This document shows positions 12,001 through 25,300 of a stretch of 64,000 nt of DNA, piece after piece. Position 1 is the first letter of the stretch, and each line of letters begins with the position of its first letter. The notes beneath the pieces are model-generated. The model was not told where the DNA came from, ran no database searches, and saw nothing but the letters and a program-made list of their open reading frames with translations. Position numbers and translations under genes: made by a program. Origin of the DNA: Antedon mediterranea (Eukaryota; Animalia; Echinodermata). Where the stretch lies: positions 202,422 to 266,421 of the forward strand of contig NC_092678.1 of NCBI RefSeq assembly GCF_964355755.1, in the 5' to 3' direction.

Positions 12001-15000
12001 ATATTTATAATACTGCTTTTTTATTCAAATGGCATGGTATATCCATTACTTACTTTTGTTGATTTATTGTTTGAAGACTACAGTGTAAAGTAAAGAAATA
12101 CAAAGCTGTTGATACTACTACTAAAAACATACAACGCAATGTTGTCATTCTATTATTATTAATTCTTTTGACCTTGTGAAGAAAGGGGATACACTCAATT
12201 GTTGTGATTGTTTTAAAGATTTGTTAAATAATTACTAAATAAGGGGCAAAAACTGTTTTAATGGTATAAAATATGAACACTAATATTATATTTCATCATC
12301 ATCATCATCTATGGTAAATGGATGTTATAAAATATGAACACTAATATTATATTTCATCATCATCATCATCTATGGTAAATGGATGTTATAAAATATGAAC
12401 ACTAATATTATATTTCATCATCATCATCATCTATGGTAAATGGATGTTATAAAATATGAACACTAATATTATATTTCATCATCATCATCATCTATGGTAA
12501 ATGGATGTTTTGATCAAATAATAAAGTAACCTAAACTTTGTATTTTGCAAAGGGGGTCATTGTTGTTGTTTTTGTGACAAAAAAGAAAAATTTTGAATTT
12601 ACAGCATCAAATATTATCAGATTCAGACCCATTTAGTGACTATCTTTACAATGCTACTATATAACAGTAATAGTATAAAGGTTGAATAGCTGGGCTTAAA
12701 TTGTTTGATTTGAGTGACAGATTACAGTTTACCATTGTCAGAATATGAGGAAACACAACAAGGAAATAAGGTATAAAGAATTCCTACTGTGTACATTAAA
12801 TACTGAGGAAATTCCACACTTGAATAGTACAACACTATGTGGTTTGGATCAATTGTTTCGTAATGCAGTAAATATGAATTACTGCAGAAAGCTATGAATG
12901 TACCGCAGTAGCATGTAAACAAGTAACTTACACTTGACATGTATTTGGTATCTTCCGAACTTCTTAGATGCTATCAAAATAGAACAGAAAAATAAAACAT
13001 TTTAGTTTCAATTCAAATACAATGTGCAACCAATAAAATACAATGTTCAACCTATAAAATACATTAATGTTCAACCTATAAAATACATTAATGTTCAACC
13101 TATAAAATACATTAATGTTCAACCTATAAAATACATTAATGTTCAACCTATAAAATACATTAATTTGCAACCTATAAAATACATTAATTTGCAACCTCTA
13201 AAACACATTAATTTGCAACCTATAAAATACATTAATTTGCAACCTCTAAAACTCATTAATTTGCAACCTCTAAAACTCATTAATTTGCAACCAATGAAAT
13301 ACATTAATGTACAATCTGTTTAATACATTAATCTATAAATGTCATTTAAAAATTGAAAAATAAACTTGACTGGAATACAAACAAAGAGTATACAGTAACT
13401 CACAATTTTATATAGTTGATAAATATTACAAGCGTCGCCGGCAACCATCTCACCACCAATGCGGGGAACTAAATCCAGTTCCAGCTGGTTGTTACCCTGG
13501 TCGATTCGTCCCGTGATCTCCTTCTTAAGCTCCCTCGTCTGCTCCTGCGTTAATAATCCGGAAATCAGTTCTAGCCTTAATTCCATCAGTTTCTCCATAA
13601 GGAGTTGAAGAATGGAGAAATCTCTCGTGTTTCCGACCTGTACAATGAGAAAGAGTCAATTAATCTGAATGAAATGGTTGAAAATTAGCGGATAAACAAG
13701 ATAAATCCAAAGGCAAATTAATGAAAAAATGACAATGCTTTAGGTATCAATGGCTGCATCTCAATGGAGATACAAAATAAAATAAGTACTGAAAAATGAC
13801 AATGCTTTAGGTGTCGGTGGCTGGATCTCAATGGAGATACAAAATAAAATAAGCACTGAAAAAATGACAATGCTGTGGGTATCAGTGGCTGGATCTCAAT
13901 GGAGATACAAAATAAAATAAGCACTGAAAAAATGACAATGCTGTGGGTATCAGTGGCTGGATCTCAATGGAGATACAAAATGACAATGCTGTGGGTATCA
14001 GTGGCTGGATCTCAATGGATACAAAATGACAATGGTGTGGGTATCAGTGGCTGGATCTCAATGGAGATACAAAATGAAAATGCTGTGGGTATCAGTGGCT
14101 GGATCTCAATGGATACAAAATGACAATGCTGTGGGTATCAGTGGCTGGATCTCAATGGAGATACAAAATGACAATGCTGTGGGTATCAGTGGCTGGATCT
14201 CAATGGAGATACAAAATGACAATGCTGTGGGTATCAGTGGCTGGATCTCAATGGAGATACAAAATGACAATGCTGTGGGTATCAGTGGCTGAATCTCAAT
14301 GGAGATACAAAATGACAATGCTGTGGGTATCAGTGGCTGGATCTCAATGGAGATACAAAATGACAATGCTGTGGGTATCAGTGGCTGGATCTCAATGGAG
14401 ATACAAAATAAAAAAATAAAAAAACAAAATCAAAACGATAAAGTAAAAGATGCAATGGTTTAAAACACACAAATGTTTTAAATGTCACGTACCACATATG
14501 CATTCTTTAATATCATGTCCCATTCTCGCAATACTGAAGTAACTTCTCGCCCAATCGGATCTTCAGCTGGTAATACTGTTTCATATCTCCTAAAAAATTC
14601 AAATCAAATATTAAACATTCATACACATTTGATTAAGCATGTTCTTAGCTTTCATTCTAGAGAGGTAAGCTTTGATTTCCAATTTCAGCCTTCTTTCAAC
14701 TTTGTGAAAACAAATATAGATTGACCCAGACTGACCTGGACTTCATGACAACAAGAAATTTAAACTGTGTTAACTTGATTTATCAGGAAGTTATCACACT
14801 TGTAACAGATGAACAGTTTGAGGAAATGTTGCATGATAAAATCTATCAAAAGTTTTAATTCTGAGTTTCAGTTTTTCAAACACAAACTTTATCTCTGAAT
14901 GTCATGCTTTTAGGCCTACAAAGGGAAACCTAACCATTTACACAAATTTTTAAATGCGTGTAAATTGCAATATAAACTGTACACAGTACAATAGGTTGGT

Positions 15001-18000
15001 TGCACGGATAGTTTGACAAAAGAAGTGTGATATGCCCAAATATAGTACTGATAAGCCCAAATATGGTAGTGATATGACATCATGTCCATATATGGGCAAA
15101 TCACATTTTTTTGTCACATAAAGTTTAACATTGTAGACATAGCTTATAGATAGGACAGACACATTAAATACTAGATTTTTGTTTTCAAAATATGAGTATG
15201 GTAGGCTAAGCTATACTTACCCATCATTTTCAACAATACACTTTTTTATGTGTATGGTATTTGATGGAAATATTCCCTGCAAGACATAGAATAATAATCA
15301 GATATTAATTAGGGTAATAGTTATTGACTACCATCTCCATAAATGTCTGTTTCGCACATTCTGAAATGATGTATACTGAATTCAGTTACAAATTTAAAAC
15401 TACTTAAAGCATTTTTTTAGTTGTTTAAATTCAATTATAAGGGAAAGTAAGTTCTATTTTAAAATGTGTGGTAGAATTTGAAGAAGGAAAACCATTAATT
15501 TGCTAGGAACTTTCCACTTGTACATATCCTGTTACTTGATACTGTATACAACACATATTGAAAGCACTTCCTCATACAGCATGACCATTTTCAATTGTTT
15601 ATAACCTATACACACAAATGCCACTATTTCTATTATAAAACATACGGAAGATCATAAGCACAACACAAAGTTGCCAAGAATGACACATTGAACTAGTATC
15701 TTATATGTTCAATGTGTAAACAGTAGGCCTAGCTAAGGCCTACTCTAGGCCTAGGCCTACTGTATGAACATCACTCCTACCAGAAATCAATATAATATTA
15801 GTCAATTCATACTACTGTATGGTCAATCATACCCAACTCCCTGATCATACTACTGTATGGTCAATCATACTATGGTCAATTCATACTACTGTATGGTCAA
15901 TCATACTATCTATGGTCAATCATACTATCTATGGTCAATTCATATAATACTGTATGGTCAATTCATACTACTGTATGGTCAATCATACTATGGTCAACAA
16001 TTATACTACCGTATGGTCAATCATACTATGGTCAACAATCATACTACTGTATGGTCAATCATACTATGGTCAACAATCATACTACTGGTCAATTGATACA
16101 TTATTATTAGTTGGATCATGGAGAAATTCTCCATGGTTGGATAGATATGGTTAATCTACTCCTGACTCAGAGGGTGAAACATTGCCAGGATATTTTGACA
16201 TTCTTACCAATTGATCTTTCCTTTTTATTGCGCATCCTCGTAGCCAACCTGAAAAAATTAAATCATTAAATTGACTAATGAGTATATAAAACAATAGATA
16301 CATTGTTGCATCTTTACTCTTGAATCAGAACAAACTAAGCCACTAAGTACGTACAGTACACAATAAGATTGTACTGCATTGGTGTACAATAGGTGACCAA
16401 CAGCTTGACATCTATTTTGGAGGATGCAACATTGCAACATCAGCATATAACATTTGTTATAGTTCTCTTACATAATCAAATACATTTCGACTGACGATCA
16501 CAAGGACAGCAGATTTCACCAAAATTAAACTAACCATAGTATTTTGTTTTTTACCTACATTTATTTCCCGTCACTTGTTTTCATAAAGTAAACAACTTAC
16601 TTTTATCTTCACTTTCTTCTATAATATGTACTGCTTGTCCAATTTCTAATTTTAGTCCATGTTCCACATTTTCCCCATCGAAGTTGCATATGGCTAAATA
16701 AAATGTAACTTGATAAATAAAATGTACTAAAGAAATGTGCTTGTTTGTCAATAATGTTGTTACAGTATTGTCAGTGAAACCACAACTATTTTCGTACTTC
16801 ATACATTTTCACTGTAAACATTGCTTCTATTTCCTTTAAAAAATAATATCAGTCTCGTTTTTGCCTTAGGAGAAAAACATTATTACTATTAAATTAATGT
16901 TAAATATATAACTATAAATTTTATTTTTAGAAAAATGATATCATAAATAATATGGTACGGTATGTTAAGGATGCAATTATTGTGCATTTAGATATTAAAC
17001 TTGTTGTTACACTACAGTATTCACTGTGGTACTCTTTTTTTCTTGGTATATTTAACAATTTGTGTACAACATGTGTCGGAAGCAGTGAAACATTATTCAG
17101 TCAATTACACCAATTAACACTCAGCAATTAATAATTGATCTTTTTTTAACCACTGAGGCGGGTTAGTGGTATGTGGGGCATGACAGTATGCATCATTGCA
17201 TGCAAATGTCTGGTAACTTATATTTTTACTTTATTTACATCTATTTGTAGACAATCTACTGTACAGTAAAAGAAAACATAAAAACCACAAAATTTAATAG
17301 ACATTCAATGACAATATGCCTGCAGATTTACAGGCCCTAAGATACTGTATGGAATTCACTTTCTAAGAACATTACTAATCTATTGAATGCTTTGATCAAA
17401 ACTTTTAAGCTAATAAAGTGTAGGTTAGGTAGTTATACTGTAAGATGACGTCTAGAGAGTTACATCATCTTGGTATGGTAATAGATGTTAGGTTGTTGAC
17501 ACAAAGATCACTTCCTATCTGACTCAAATGAGTACAGCTGAGAGTGACCAGGGCAACATATGTCTAGCATTAAGCAGCAGATAATTGCAATCATCAACGC
17601 TGCTAGCATAAAGCAAACAATTGTGAATATCAAACATATTATGTGTTAATCACAGATTTTGAATTTACAGTACCATGCATAAATTTTGAGATTTATTTGG
17701 GTGAGACTCGAACCCATGACCATGTCATCATACCTCAAGACCACCAAGCTTGTGCTGAGTAATGTCAATTAAACACATAATTAAGTACATACTGTATTTA
17801 AAGTACATTTACAATAGTCAAATTGAACCACTAGAATTAATTACAATTATAATTAGCTAGTTAATTAGTAATTCGTACCATTGGTTTGATAAAAAGAATT
17901 GTTTACACATTTATAATTAGCTATCTGAAGGCTTTTTGATTTATCCAGGAAAAGACTATAAGAAGAATGACAAAATAAACTAGAGGTAAAAATAACATGT

Positions 18001-21000
18001 AGAGTTTCTAATGTTGTCAGTCATGTGCACAATGATACATATTGTTTTTGTTTCGCTTTTAAGTCCCTACTTAAAACCACCATTAAGAACAACATATCCT
18101 TCTTATTGTTTCATTAATAACTTCCTTAAAGGTATTAAGTTTCTAAAGATTAAAATGGAAACAATAATGTTAAGTTACCAATGTCGACATTTTAATAAAG
18201 TTCATATTAAAATCCACAATTGAATGTGGTTTGGTAAACAGGTAAAGATTGCCAGAGTGTAATCCTGCCATGACTCAATAGAGTCTCCAATTTTATGGGG
18301 TTCCCATTTTTAGGGAAAGAAATGCAACAGATGACAATGACAGCTAAAATAAAAAATATTTATAAAATAAAAAATATTTATTTTAGCTTTAGTACAGTAT
18401 GATTATGAAACTATATTTAACAAGCGAATTGATAAAATCTAGCTAATTATTATGAATCACACAAATTGGGTAACAAACCATAAATTGATCTACTACATCG
18501 TGTTACACTCGTCATTCATCACAACTCAACACAACATGAAGTGAAACAAGTGTTGTACTATCAAATATAATAGTAACCCATTATTCTTAAACACTATATT
18601 TCGGTTCTACATCTAAAGACAATATTTATGATATATAGTGTAACTACAGGATGTCAAATAAAATGGCAGTTAAGTCAAATTAACAAATATTTAATCAATC
18701 TACTATAGTTTAGAAACAAGTACTGTATAGTAATTATTAATTTAGCAAGAGCATGGCAATTGGAATACTGGGTCATAAAATGAAACATAATACAAACACA
18801 GAATAAATCAATAAACCAATTAAATAAACCAGATGTTACTGCAACTTCCGAAATAAAAATTCTGTTAATAAAATCTGATATAGAATCCATAAATAACAAA
18901 CTTAGCAGCACTTATTCTTAGAAACAACTACCTAGTACCAGTACTGTAGAATAGATGTCAAGGCAAAATATATTATTAGTTTCACTTCACAAATAACATG
19001 TACAGTAGCTCAATTTTAAACAGTACAAACTATGTGTACGTACTTTTTAAACCAAATGCATTGTCAATTCATGGATTTTGTATAATAATTATTATCACTG
19101 AACATGTGTTTTTTATAACAGAGATCTCCATTAAAGGGTATCTTTCATCCAAATTATAAACCAAGGCTGTATCTGAGTAAAAACCAAACATGACATCATA
19201 ATCAACTTGTGGTGATTCATATATTGTACATCAGAATATAACAATCATTTGAACACATGTGTACTATCTATAAACAAATAACCACCAAACAGAAAACTAG
19301 GAGCATGTTTTGATTGTTTTAAAATTATTATTATATTTATAGTTTATATTGTTTGTTTGATTGCACAATAAATTCTACAAATTAGCTATAGTTTTAACAA
19401 ACAACTGCTTTCAATACAATTAGTAAATTTACAATTGAATACAATGTGTAAACACAGAAAATTGGCCAAAAAAAGTACAAACACAAACATGTTGATTTAG
19501 TAGAACTTCCTTATTGGATCATGGACCTACCTGTAAATTGATTGATTGATTCTTTTATTTAAATACATGTGAAATGCTTGGCTTTGCAAGGCACACTATC
19601 TTGTTCTGATTATCAATGGATTCCAAATCATTAAGTTAATATCTAAGCTTCAATGCTTTTTTAATTAAATTTGTATAATTATCCTGGTTTGATTTAAATT
19701 TACAAGCTACTTGAATTTGCATTACAAGTTGAGTCGAATGGCCTAGCTGTTAAGGCAGGGGAGCCGCAAACCATTGTATTATATAATTGAAACAGGTTCA
19801 CAAGTTACTGTACTCCTCAACCATTGTTTGTCTTCTCGCATAATGACTGGATGTCATCTGGACCATGTTTACTTAAAAGAATTCATTTTTTTTTTTCGAA
19901 GAGTGGAGGGTTACCACAGTGAACTGGCCCCTCTCAGCCTCTGTCGTGGATAGGCAAATGAGCGCTGTTTGGTGGCAGCTGTAGGACACAAAGGGACTCT
20001 TAGGGAAAGGGAATGTGTGTCATACAAACCTGTGGACAGGCCTATCCCCAACATTTACATTATAAACAATTACCTGTACAACAAAACTGGATGAAAATTC
20101 TAAAAATTGTTAATGTGGATGTTATTTTGATCTTTATAAATTTCACAACTTAATGTTATTGAATAGTAAAGTTGATGCATAACTGTATTAGCATTGATCT
20201 TTGTTTGTGAGATACAGTAGGCATATTGTACACATTGACAGTATAATCATGTACAATACATTAGAAAGTAAAAGTCTGCCAATCTCCAAGTTGTGTTTAC
20301 AAGCAATAATCATAGTATCCCAGTTTCAAATCCAAGTATCAAATTCACAGATCAATAATTTTATATTTTATTATTATATAACAGTAACACCTAAATATTA
20401 AATTCTTGTCATTTGATTGGACGATTGTGGATCACATGGCGAGCAATAGTACGCACTATAATTCAATAGTACAATTTATTATGGTTTTCTGTTTATTCAT
20501 TTTTTACTAATAAAGACCTTGATGCCACCAGGATAATTTCTGTATGACGAAACTTAGAATGATCTCCAAAGATCCGTTGATCCTGCTCGTAATGGCCGCC
20601 ACCTTGAACACCGGAAGATTCCAAAAACCTCAATCATTTTAAATGAAACAATTAATTTACTATAAGTATAATACAATAATTGTTGTGGAGCTACAATAAT
20701 AAAAAATCCCACATTCAAACATACTAACGTCTGTTTTCTCATTCCCTATTTTTAAATAAACTTCATAGACAGGTTGCTCAATTAATTTACTTGTTTCTAC
20801 TTGTTTCCCGTACACTTTCGTCTACGGGATCGAGGCGAAGCACTCAGTGCTTAAAAGCCCCTCTTAGCAAAAAATCATATTCAATATAGGGTGAAAACTT
20901 CAGCGGGTGGTTGGACCATGCGACGTTAAGTTTTGCTTTGAACAAGTTCACCGTAGCACATGAAACTACATCCGTAGGCAGAGCATTCCATAAGAGAATA

Positions 21001-24000
21001 ACACTCCTGGAGAACGTGTCCCTCCTAATATTAAGACGAGAGCTTTTAAACTTGAGTTTATATGGGTGTCCACGGGTACGAGAGTCTGGATCAAATTCAA
21101 AAAATGTGTTGATCGAAATACGATCAAAACCTTTTACAATCCTAAAAACTTGGATAATATCTGCTCTCTGCCTTCGATATCTCATGGTAGGAAGACCAAG
21201 AATTCTCAAACGCTGTCCATAAGGGATATTACAGTACCTAGGAATCAATCTTGTTGCTCTTTGCTGGACCTTCTCTATTTCATCCTGATCTCGTTTTCTA
21301 ATAGGATTATAAACAGTATTACAATATTCAAGCATTGGCCTGACAATAGACTTATACAGCTTCAAAAATCCATCTTTATTCAAGAATTAATAAAAGATCT
21401 ACAGTATAAATCATTCCTAGTTTCTTATTAGCTCTTTTACAAATATCCGCTACATGCAAATTAAAGATTAAACTAGGATCAAAGGTAACACCTAGATCTT
21501 TCTCCTGCTTTACCTCATGTAGTAAATTATCAGCCATTGAATACACGAAATTGGGATTATCACGACCATAATGAAATACCTTACACTTAGTGTCATTAAA
21601 TGGCAATTGCCAAACATTAGACCAATGGGAAGCACTGTCAATGTCTCTCTGAAATAAATCCGCATCATCAATGTTATTGACCACTCTATACAACTTAGTG
21701 TCGTCTGCAAATAAACGTATATTAGATTCGACAACATCAGGTAAATCGTTAATGAAGATTGAAAATAAGATTGGGCCCACAACGCTACCCTGTGGAATTC
21801 GACTTAATACTGGAGCCTGTGATGATAATTGACCATTGACACTAACTCGTTGTGTTCTATTTGACAAATAATTAGAGAACCAACCTAGTAGATTTCCGAT
21901 AATACCAAAACCTTTCAATTTGACTAGAAGCCTTTAATACACTAAGAGCTCAAGCTAAAATTTGAAGCAATAAGAATAGGAATGATATGAAAGTAAAAGA
22001 TCGTAAAAAACTTTACAAACCCCGCCAGCAATAATAAAGAAATTTCCAACTTCAGAAACACGTCCCACTACCATAATGTGCGCACAATAAACTAGGGGGC
22101 CTAGTATGTTCTCCCATTCCCTATTTTTAAATAAATTTCATGGACAGGTTCTTTATTTGGAAGTACCCTGTAGTACTACAGTAAGTCTGTATTAAACCCA
22201 AAAATCATGGATAAATGTCTCCATGCTTTAAAGTAGAGTACACTGATTAAATTCTTAATCCTATATTTTAATCCCTGTATTCAATAGTATCGGATAAAAG
22301 TAAACAGAGTTTGATCTGTAATTGACAAGGATAAAGGAAACCCTACCCTTGACTGGAGCATACATTATATTTAAGGAACATCTAAGACTGAATGAGTCAT
22401 AAATAAACTTGGCTCAGCTCCACCTTAAGTTCACACTTACCTAAATAGCAAAAATTATACTTAAGAACACTACTGAAAAATGAAGTTCTTTCTTTCTATT
22501 TGGATGTGTGTCTTTTTCGTCAATTCAATTGACAAACAATAAGCCAACAATAAGCCAACAATAAGCCAAAGACTGAAACCAATGTTTTACAATGAAAACA
22601 CAACCACATCAATTGACAAACAATAAGCCAAAGACTGAAACCAATGTTTTACAATGAAAACACAACCACAGAGAAACAAACACTTACAATACTAGTATTA
22701 GCAAATTAGTAATAACATTGTCCTTAAGTTATAAAATTGGGAAAAATATTTTCAGGGGGTGTAGTAATGGGGACATTAGAATCCTGAAATGTAACCAATC
22801 TTAACTAAGTTGCCCCTGCACTGTGTCACCAGGGAGGTGATGATCCCACAGCTCAAATAAACTCTGATATTTATTGCAAGGTGAAACATGAAACATACAA
22901 CATAAGATTAGGGAAAGTACCTAAACATTTTGGAATTTATACAAGGTCAATCGGCCAGACCCCTTAATGTGTGACATGATGCCAACATTAAGGAGTGTAG
23001 GGATGTAGGCCCTATCTAGGGATACAGGTCATAAGGTCATGGGGGTCATGTTGTACCACACACTAACAATTACTAGAACATTTAATACAGAATTTAATAC
23101 GGTATCAAGACAGTCTACAGTGAAACTATGTTGATCGTGATATGGCAGATTCTTATCAATAATTAGGTCAGATATTTGCTTATTATGCATTTTAATTTAT
23201 TTTTTTCCAAGGATGACAAACCAAAATAGTTTTTACAATAAAATGTGTGTAGATCTTGAAAGTAACTATACTCCTCAATTCGTCTCTTTAACAAACAATT
23301 TGTAAGATAATTACTGTAATTACTTTTAATGAACTGTACATGGCCTACAATGTATTGACTTACAGTACAATATATCGAATTGTATTGATGTTTTTACATG
23401 GTTTTTTTTATTATGAATGTAACGGGGAGCTGAGTCTCACATTTTACAATTATTATGTGACAATAAAATATATCTATGTCTATGTCTAATTATCATTCTG
23501 TCTTCTAAAAGTCTAAGGAAAAATCTATTTTAAAAAATAAATTTTATAATTTGTGAAACAAGCATTTATATTTTAAACAAAATATTTTTTTCAAAGCAAA
23601 AACAATTTGTAATATACTTTTATAATAAACTTTAAATAAAGAAGTAATGAATAATTTAGTTCTGAATCACATTTGGACATTTTACATATTAATCTTCGGG
23701 AAACTACAACAAAATTTAAATAAAACTGCAGACATTGATAAAATTGGGGAAATGTACCTAAAACTACAGAGTGTTCAATTCAATAGTGTTAGCCCTCCAA
23801 AGATAATACATTTACATATAATAGATTTTGATTAGATAACATTCATAGGAAAATACAAGTATGATTTTTGTACCTATCATGTTTGCTATCAGGAAGATAA
23901 TAACAATGCAACTATTTAGTGTATATACAGGTAAAACAATATACTTTATTTATTTTATATGTACAGTGTAACAACAGTAATATTTCCTGTTATTGTTTGC

Positions 24001-24376
24001 AATATGATAAATAACAATTTCAAGATGTACACAATTTTTTGGTTTTATTTTATTTTATAAATATTTAATTACATCTAGATAATATTATTAAGATGTTGGA
24101 TATAAATAAAAAATTACTATAGAATAGGCTGCTAGTGCCTGGGCGTTATTGTGAAGCCTTAGCTAGATATGCACAAAATACAGACGATAAGCAGCAGGAG
24201 GAAGTTAACACATCCCCCTCGAGAAGTGTCAGCCGCAAAACACCCAACCGAGGTAAATAAAGGCACGAGGATATGCATTTACATAATGCACCAAATGTCA
24301 CAATATTACGAGAAAATATAAACACATTATTAATCTTACCAATTCCATATTTCTTCTCGGTCGTTCTAACCCACAT
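1..24376 (-). CDS. DOCK3: Dedicator of cytokinesis DOCK3/DOCK4-like (DOCK-B/sponge) Rac GEF, N-terminal part (SH3, helical region, DHR-1 C2 domain, start of ARM repeats); continues beyond the left edge
   Basis: Exons assembled with GT-AG ends and consistent phases: 24340-24376, 16601-16693, 16208-16248, 15221-15276, 14493-14589, 13404-13637, 12932-12970, 10733-10872, 10107-10188, 9805-9940, 9323-9395, 8756-8859, 8075-8200, 7324-7448 (or 7144-7250), 4862-5024, 4094-4203, 2610-2784, 2002-2099, 1555-1638, 1103-1203, 698-826, 301-409, 1-181. Motifs MWVRTTEKKYGIA, GLKLEIG, GIFPSN, LDLVPR, YRRPFGVG, RKLGFADVIMPGDVRNDLY, PRWNEIIK, DGTTLHDGPHELYVY, STKLTQNVNLL, LQDVLDTLF match the DOCK3/4 family from recall. 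DOCK3 versus DOCK4 cannot be resolved; probably a co-ortholog. Confidence 0.93.
913..1076. mobile_element. PIF/Harbinger-like MITE, family A
   Basis: TIR AGCTCTGTCTACACTATCAAACT at both ends (1 mismatch), TAA on both flanks; other copies at 7679-7822, ~14990-15144, ~34890-35029, ~41820-41957. Confidence 0.75.
1221..1468 (-). mobile_element. tRNA-derived SINE (5'-truncated)
   Basis: Minus strand: B-box-like TTCGAATCC, central CACCCAGGTGTATAAATGAGAACCCAG, tail GGCGCTATATAAAT then (TAT)n; second copy at ~8980-9260. Confidence 0.65.
1646..1785. repeat. 27-bp minisatellite x5 abutting a DOCK splice acceptor
   Basis: Unit AAAACGAAACATGTACGGTATTAATCT. Confidence 0.95.
3730..3750 (-). CDS. Candidate 21-nt DOCK microexon (LPDKLRN)
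   Basis: attattttag|CTTCCAGACAAGCTAAGAAAT|gtgagt inside a phase-0 intron; frame preserving. Confidence 0.5.
5321..6346. repeat. 51-bp minisatellite, ~20 copies
   Basis: Unit AACATAGCACAATAGTTGACAYATAGAACATACAGCATACACGCTCATTTT; explains ORF 5264-6340. Confidence 0.97.
6372..6704. mobile_element. Tc1/mariner(pogo)-like MITE with internal 19-bp repeats
   Basis: Ends CAGTAAAACGCCTC / GAGGAGTTTTACT are imperfect inverted repeats; internal TATTAAGCRGACACC repeats. Confidence 0.5.
7144..7250 (-). CDS. DOCK DHR-1 mutually exclusive exon B (paralogous copy): GDVRNDVYIHLNTADFEKDRNKVEIIVHVLTDNKIV
   Basis: 107 nt, phase 1 to 0, acceptor cattttacag, donor GTTCGT, no stop codon, homologous to exon A and 73 nt from it. 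Confidence 0.8.
7324..7448 (-). CDS. DOCK DHR-1 mutually exclusive exon A (canonical): GDVRNDLYVVLDRAIFDRGGKTAGKNVEVTVCVIDRSNMRKM
   Basis: 125 nt, phase 1 to 0, acceptor ataacctcag, donor GTACGT. Confidence 0.9.
7679..7822. mobile_element. PIF/Harbinger-like MITE, family A
   Basis: AGCTCTGTCTACAC...GTGTAGACAGAGCT with TAA on both flanks. Confidence 0.75.
8283..8540. mobile_element. Tc1/mariner(pogo)-like MITE, family B
   Basis: TA-CAGTCAACTCTC...GAAAGTTGATTG termini, internal ~33-bp repeats; inverted sister copy at 9549-9726. Confidence 0.65.
8980..9260 (-). mobile_element. tRNA-derived SINE, same family as 1221-1468
   Basis: Shares long stretches (TGGAAACATACTCCCATAATGCTGCTAGTAATC) with the 1221-1468 copy; GTTCGAATCC B-box on the minus strand. 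Confidence 0.65.
9549..9726. mobile_element. Tc1/mariner(pogo)-like MITE, family B
   Basis: TA|CAGTCAACTCTCC...GGAGAGCTGACTG|TA. Confidence 0.7.
12054..12077 (-). CDS. Candidate 24-nt DOCK microexon (SSNNKSTK)
   Basis: ttctttactttacactgtag|TCTTCAAACAATAAATCAACAAAA|gtaagt inside a phase-0 intron; frame preserving. Confidence 0.55.
12265..12508. repeat. 61-bp tandem repeat x4
   Basis: Unit includes TATAAAATATGAACACTAATATTATATTT(CAT)nCTATGGTAAATGGATGT. Confidence 0.95.
13015..13335. repeat. 24-bp minisatellite, ~13 copies
   Basis: Unit CAACCTATAAAATACATTAATGTT and variants. Confidence 0.92.
13722..14410. repeat. 48-bp minisatellite (with longer early units)
   Basis: Unit AAAATGACAATGCTGTGGGTATCAGTGGCTGGATCTCAATGGAGATAC. 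Confidence 0.95.
15800..16095. repeat. Degenerate ~16-23-bp minisatellite
   Basis: Core TATGGTCAATCATAC. Confidence 0.9.
20844..21932 (-). mobile_element. 5'-truncated, frameshifted CR1/L2-type non-LTR retrotransposon (C-terminal RT and downstream domain) in DOCK intron 1
   Basis: IPQGSVVGPILFSIFINDL, LFADDTKL, EKDLGV, IEKVQQRATRL, RTRGHPYKL, WNALP motifs; two frames joined near 21380-21410. Confidence 0.9.
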
Positions 24377-25117
24377 TTTTCTCCTGACAAAGTTTAATAT
24401 TCCATAATTGTATAGTTTTGATTCATGTCGCGACGCAGACGATGATGATACGGAAGTAAAGAAACAACACGGTTTTTATCTTATTAAATAGCGCCCCCTA
24501 TAATATCAACATAAAACTTCCGCCTCTCTCCTTTTTATCTCCCTCCATGATAGTACTAAAAGCAATTTTCTATATTATTCCCTCGTTTAATTTACAATAT
24601 TTAACTACCTACAACATAATCATTTAAATTAAAAAATTAATTATTTTTTAAATTTCGAGAATTATAAAACCATGTCATATCCTCACCGCTCACGTTACGA
24701 TTTCTAAACTAGAGTTAAACTCTTGCTTGTTTTTTTTGTGTGATGTTTTTAAAAATAAAAGTTAAGAATCTAAATTATTATAGTAAAACGTATTTTTTTT
24801 ACTAAACTTTTAATTTATAGAAATTGAAAAAAACGTTCTTCTTTTAATTGATGCAGAACAGCACAAAGATATCGTTGGAGTACACTGCAAATATGTTCTT
24901 AATAATCTTATCTTGTAGTCAAAGATATGACTTTTTGAAAGATTTACAGAGGGCGCTATGTATTTTTTTAATCGACGATTAGGTCGAATTGTTAAAATTA
25001 CCTGGCAACTTTAATTCCTGTTGCGACGGTGAATGTAAACATTTTTTTTCGGTAAAAATGCAGTTATTGGTCAAAAGTTAACGCCAGCTGTCTCCTCATT
25101 GGTTTCAAGTTAGCGGG
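24377..25117. promoter_or_regulatory. Probable divergent promoter region of the DOCK and LRRC74-like genes
   Basis: Head-to-head genes; locally more CpG; candidate plus-strand 5'UTR donor GCGG|GTAAAT near 25117 and NAGNAG acceptor at 26551-26556; inferred only. Confidence 0.4.
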
Positions 25118-25300
25118 TAAATTATGTACATTGGGTTATTTTAATTATTACTTTGTTCGATTGTCATTTACAATTTGAAGTTACATTTAAATTTACACAT
25201 TAAATTAAAGCAAAAGGCTACATTTTTTAGGCCTCAGTCTCAGATTGTCTCATATATTTAGCAAGCCTTTTCCTATAGGATAATAAATGCCTATTGGTAG

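Noticed and set aside
12733-12783. Possible 51-nt DOCK exon (EFFIPYFLVVFPHILTM)
   Set aside because: Poor acceptor context, and the sequence looks like an intronic pyrimidine tract with no DOCK similarity
20844-21918. Active or domesticated reverse transcriptase gene
   Set aside because: 5'-truncated, lacks the endonuclease and N-terminal RT motifs, and is frameshifted
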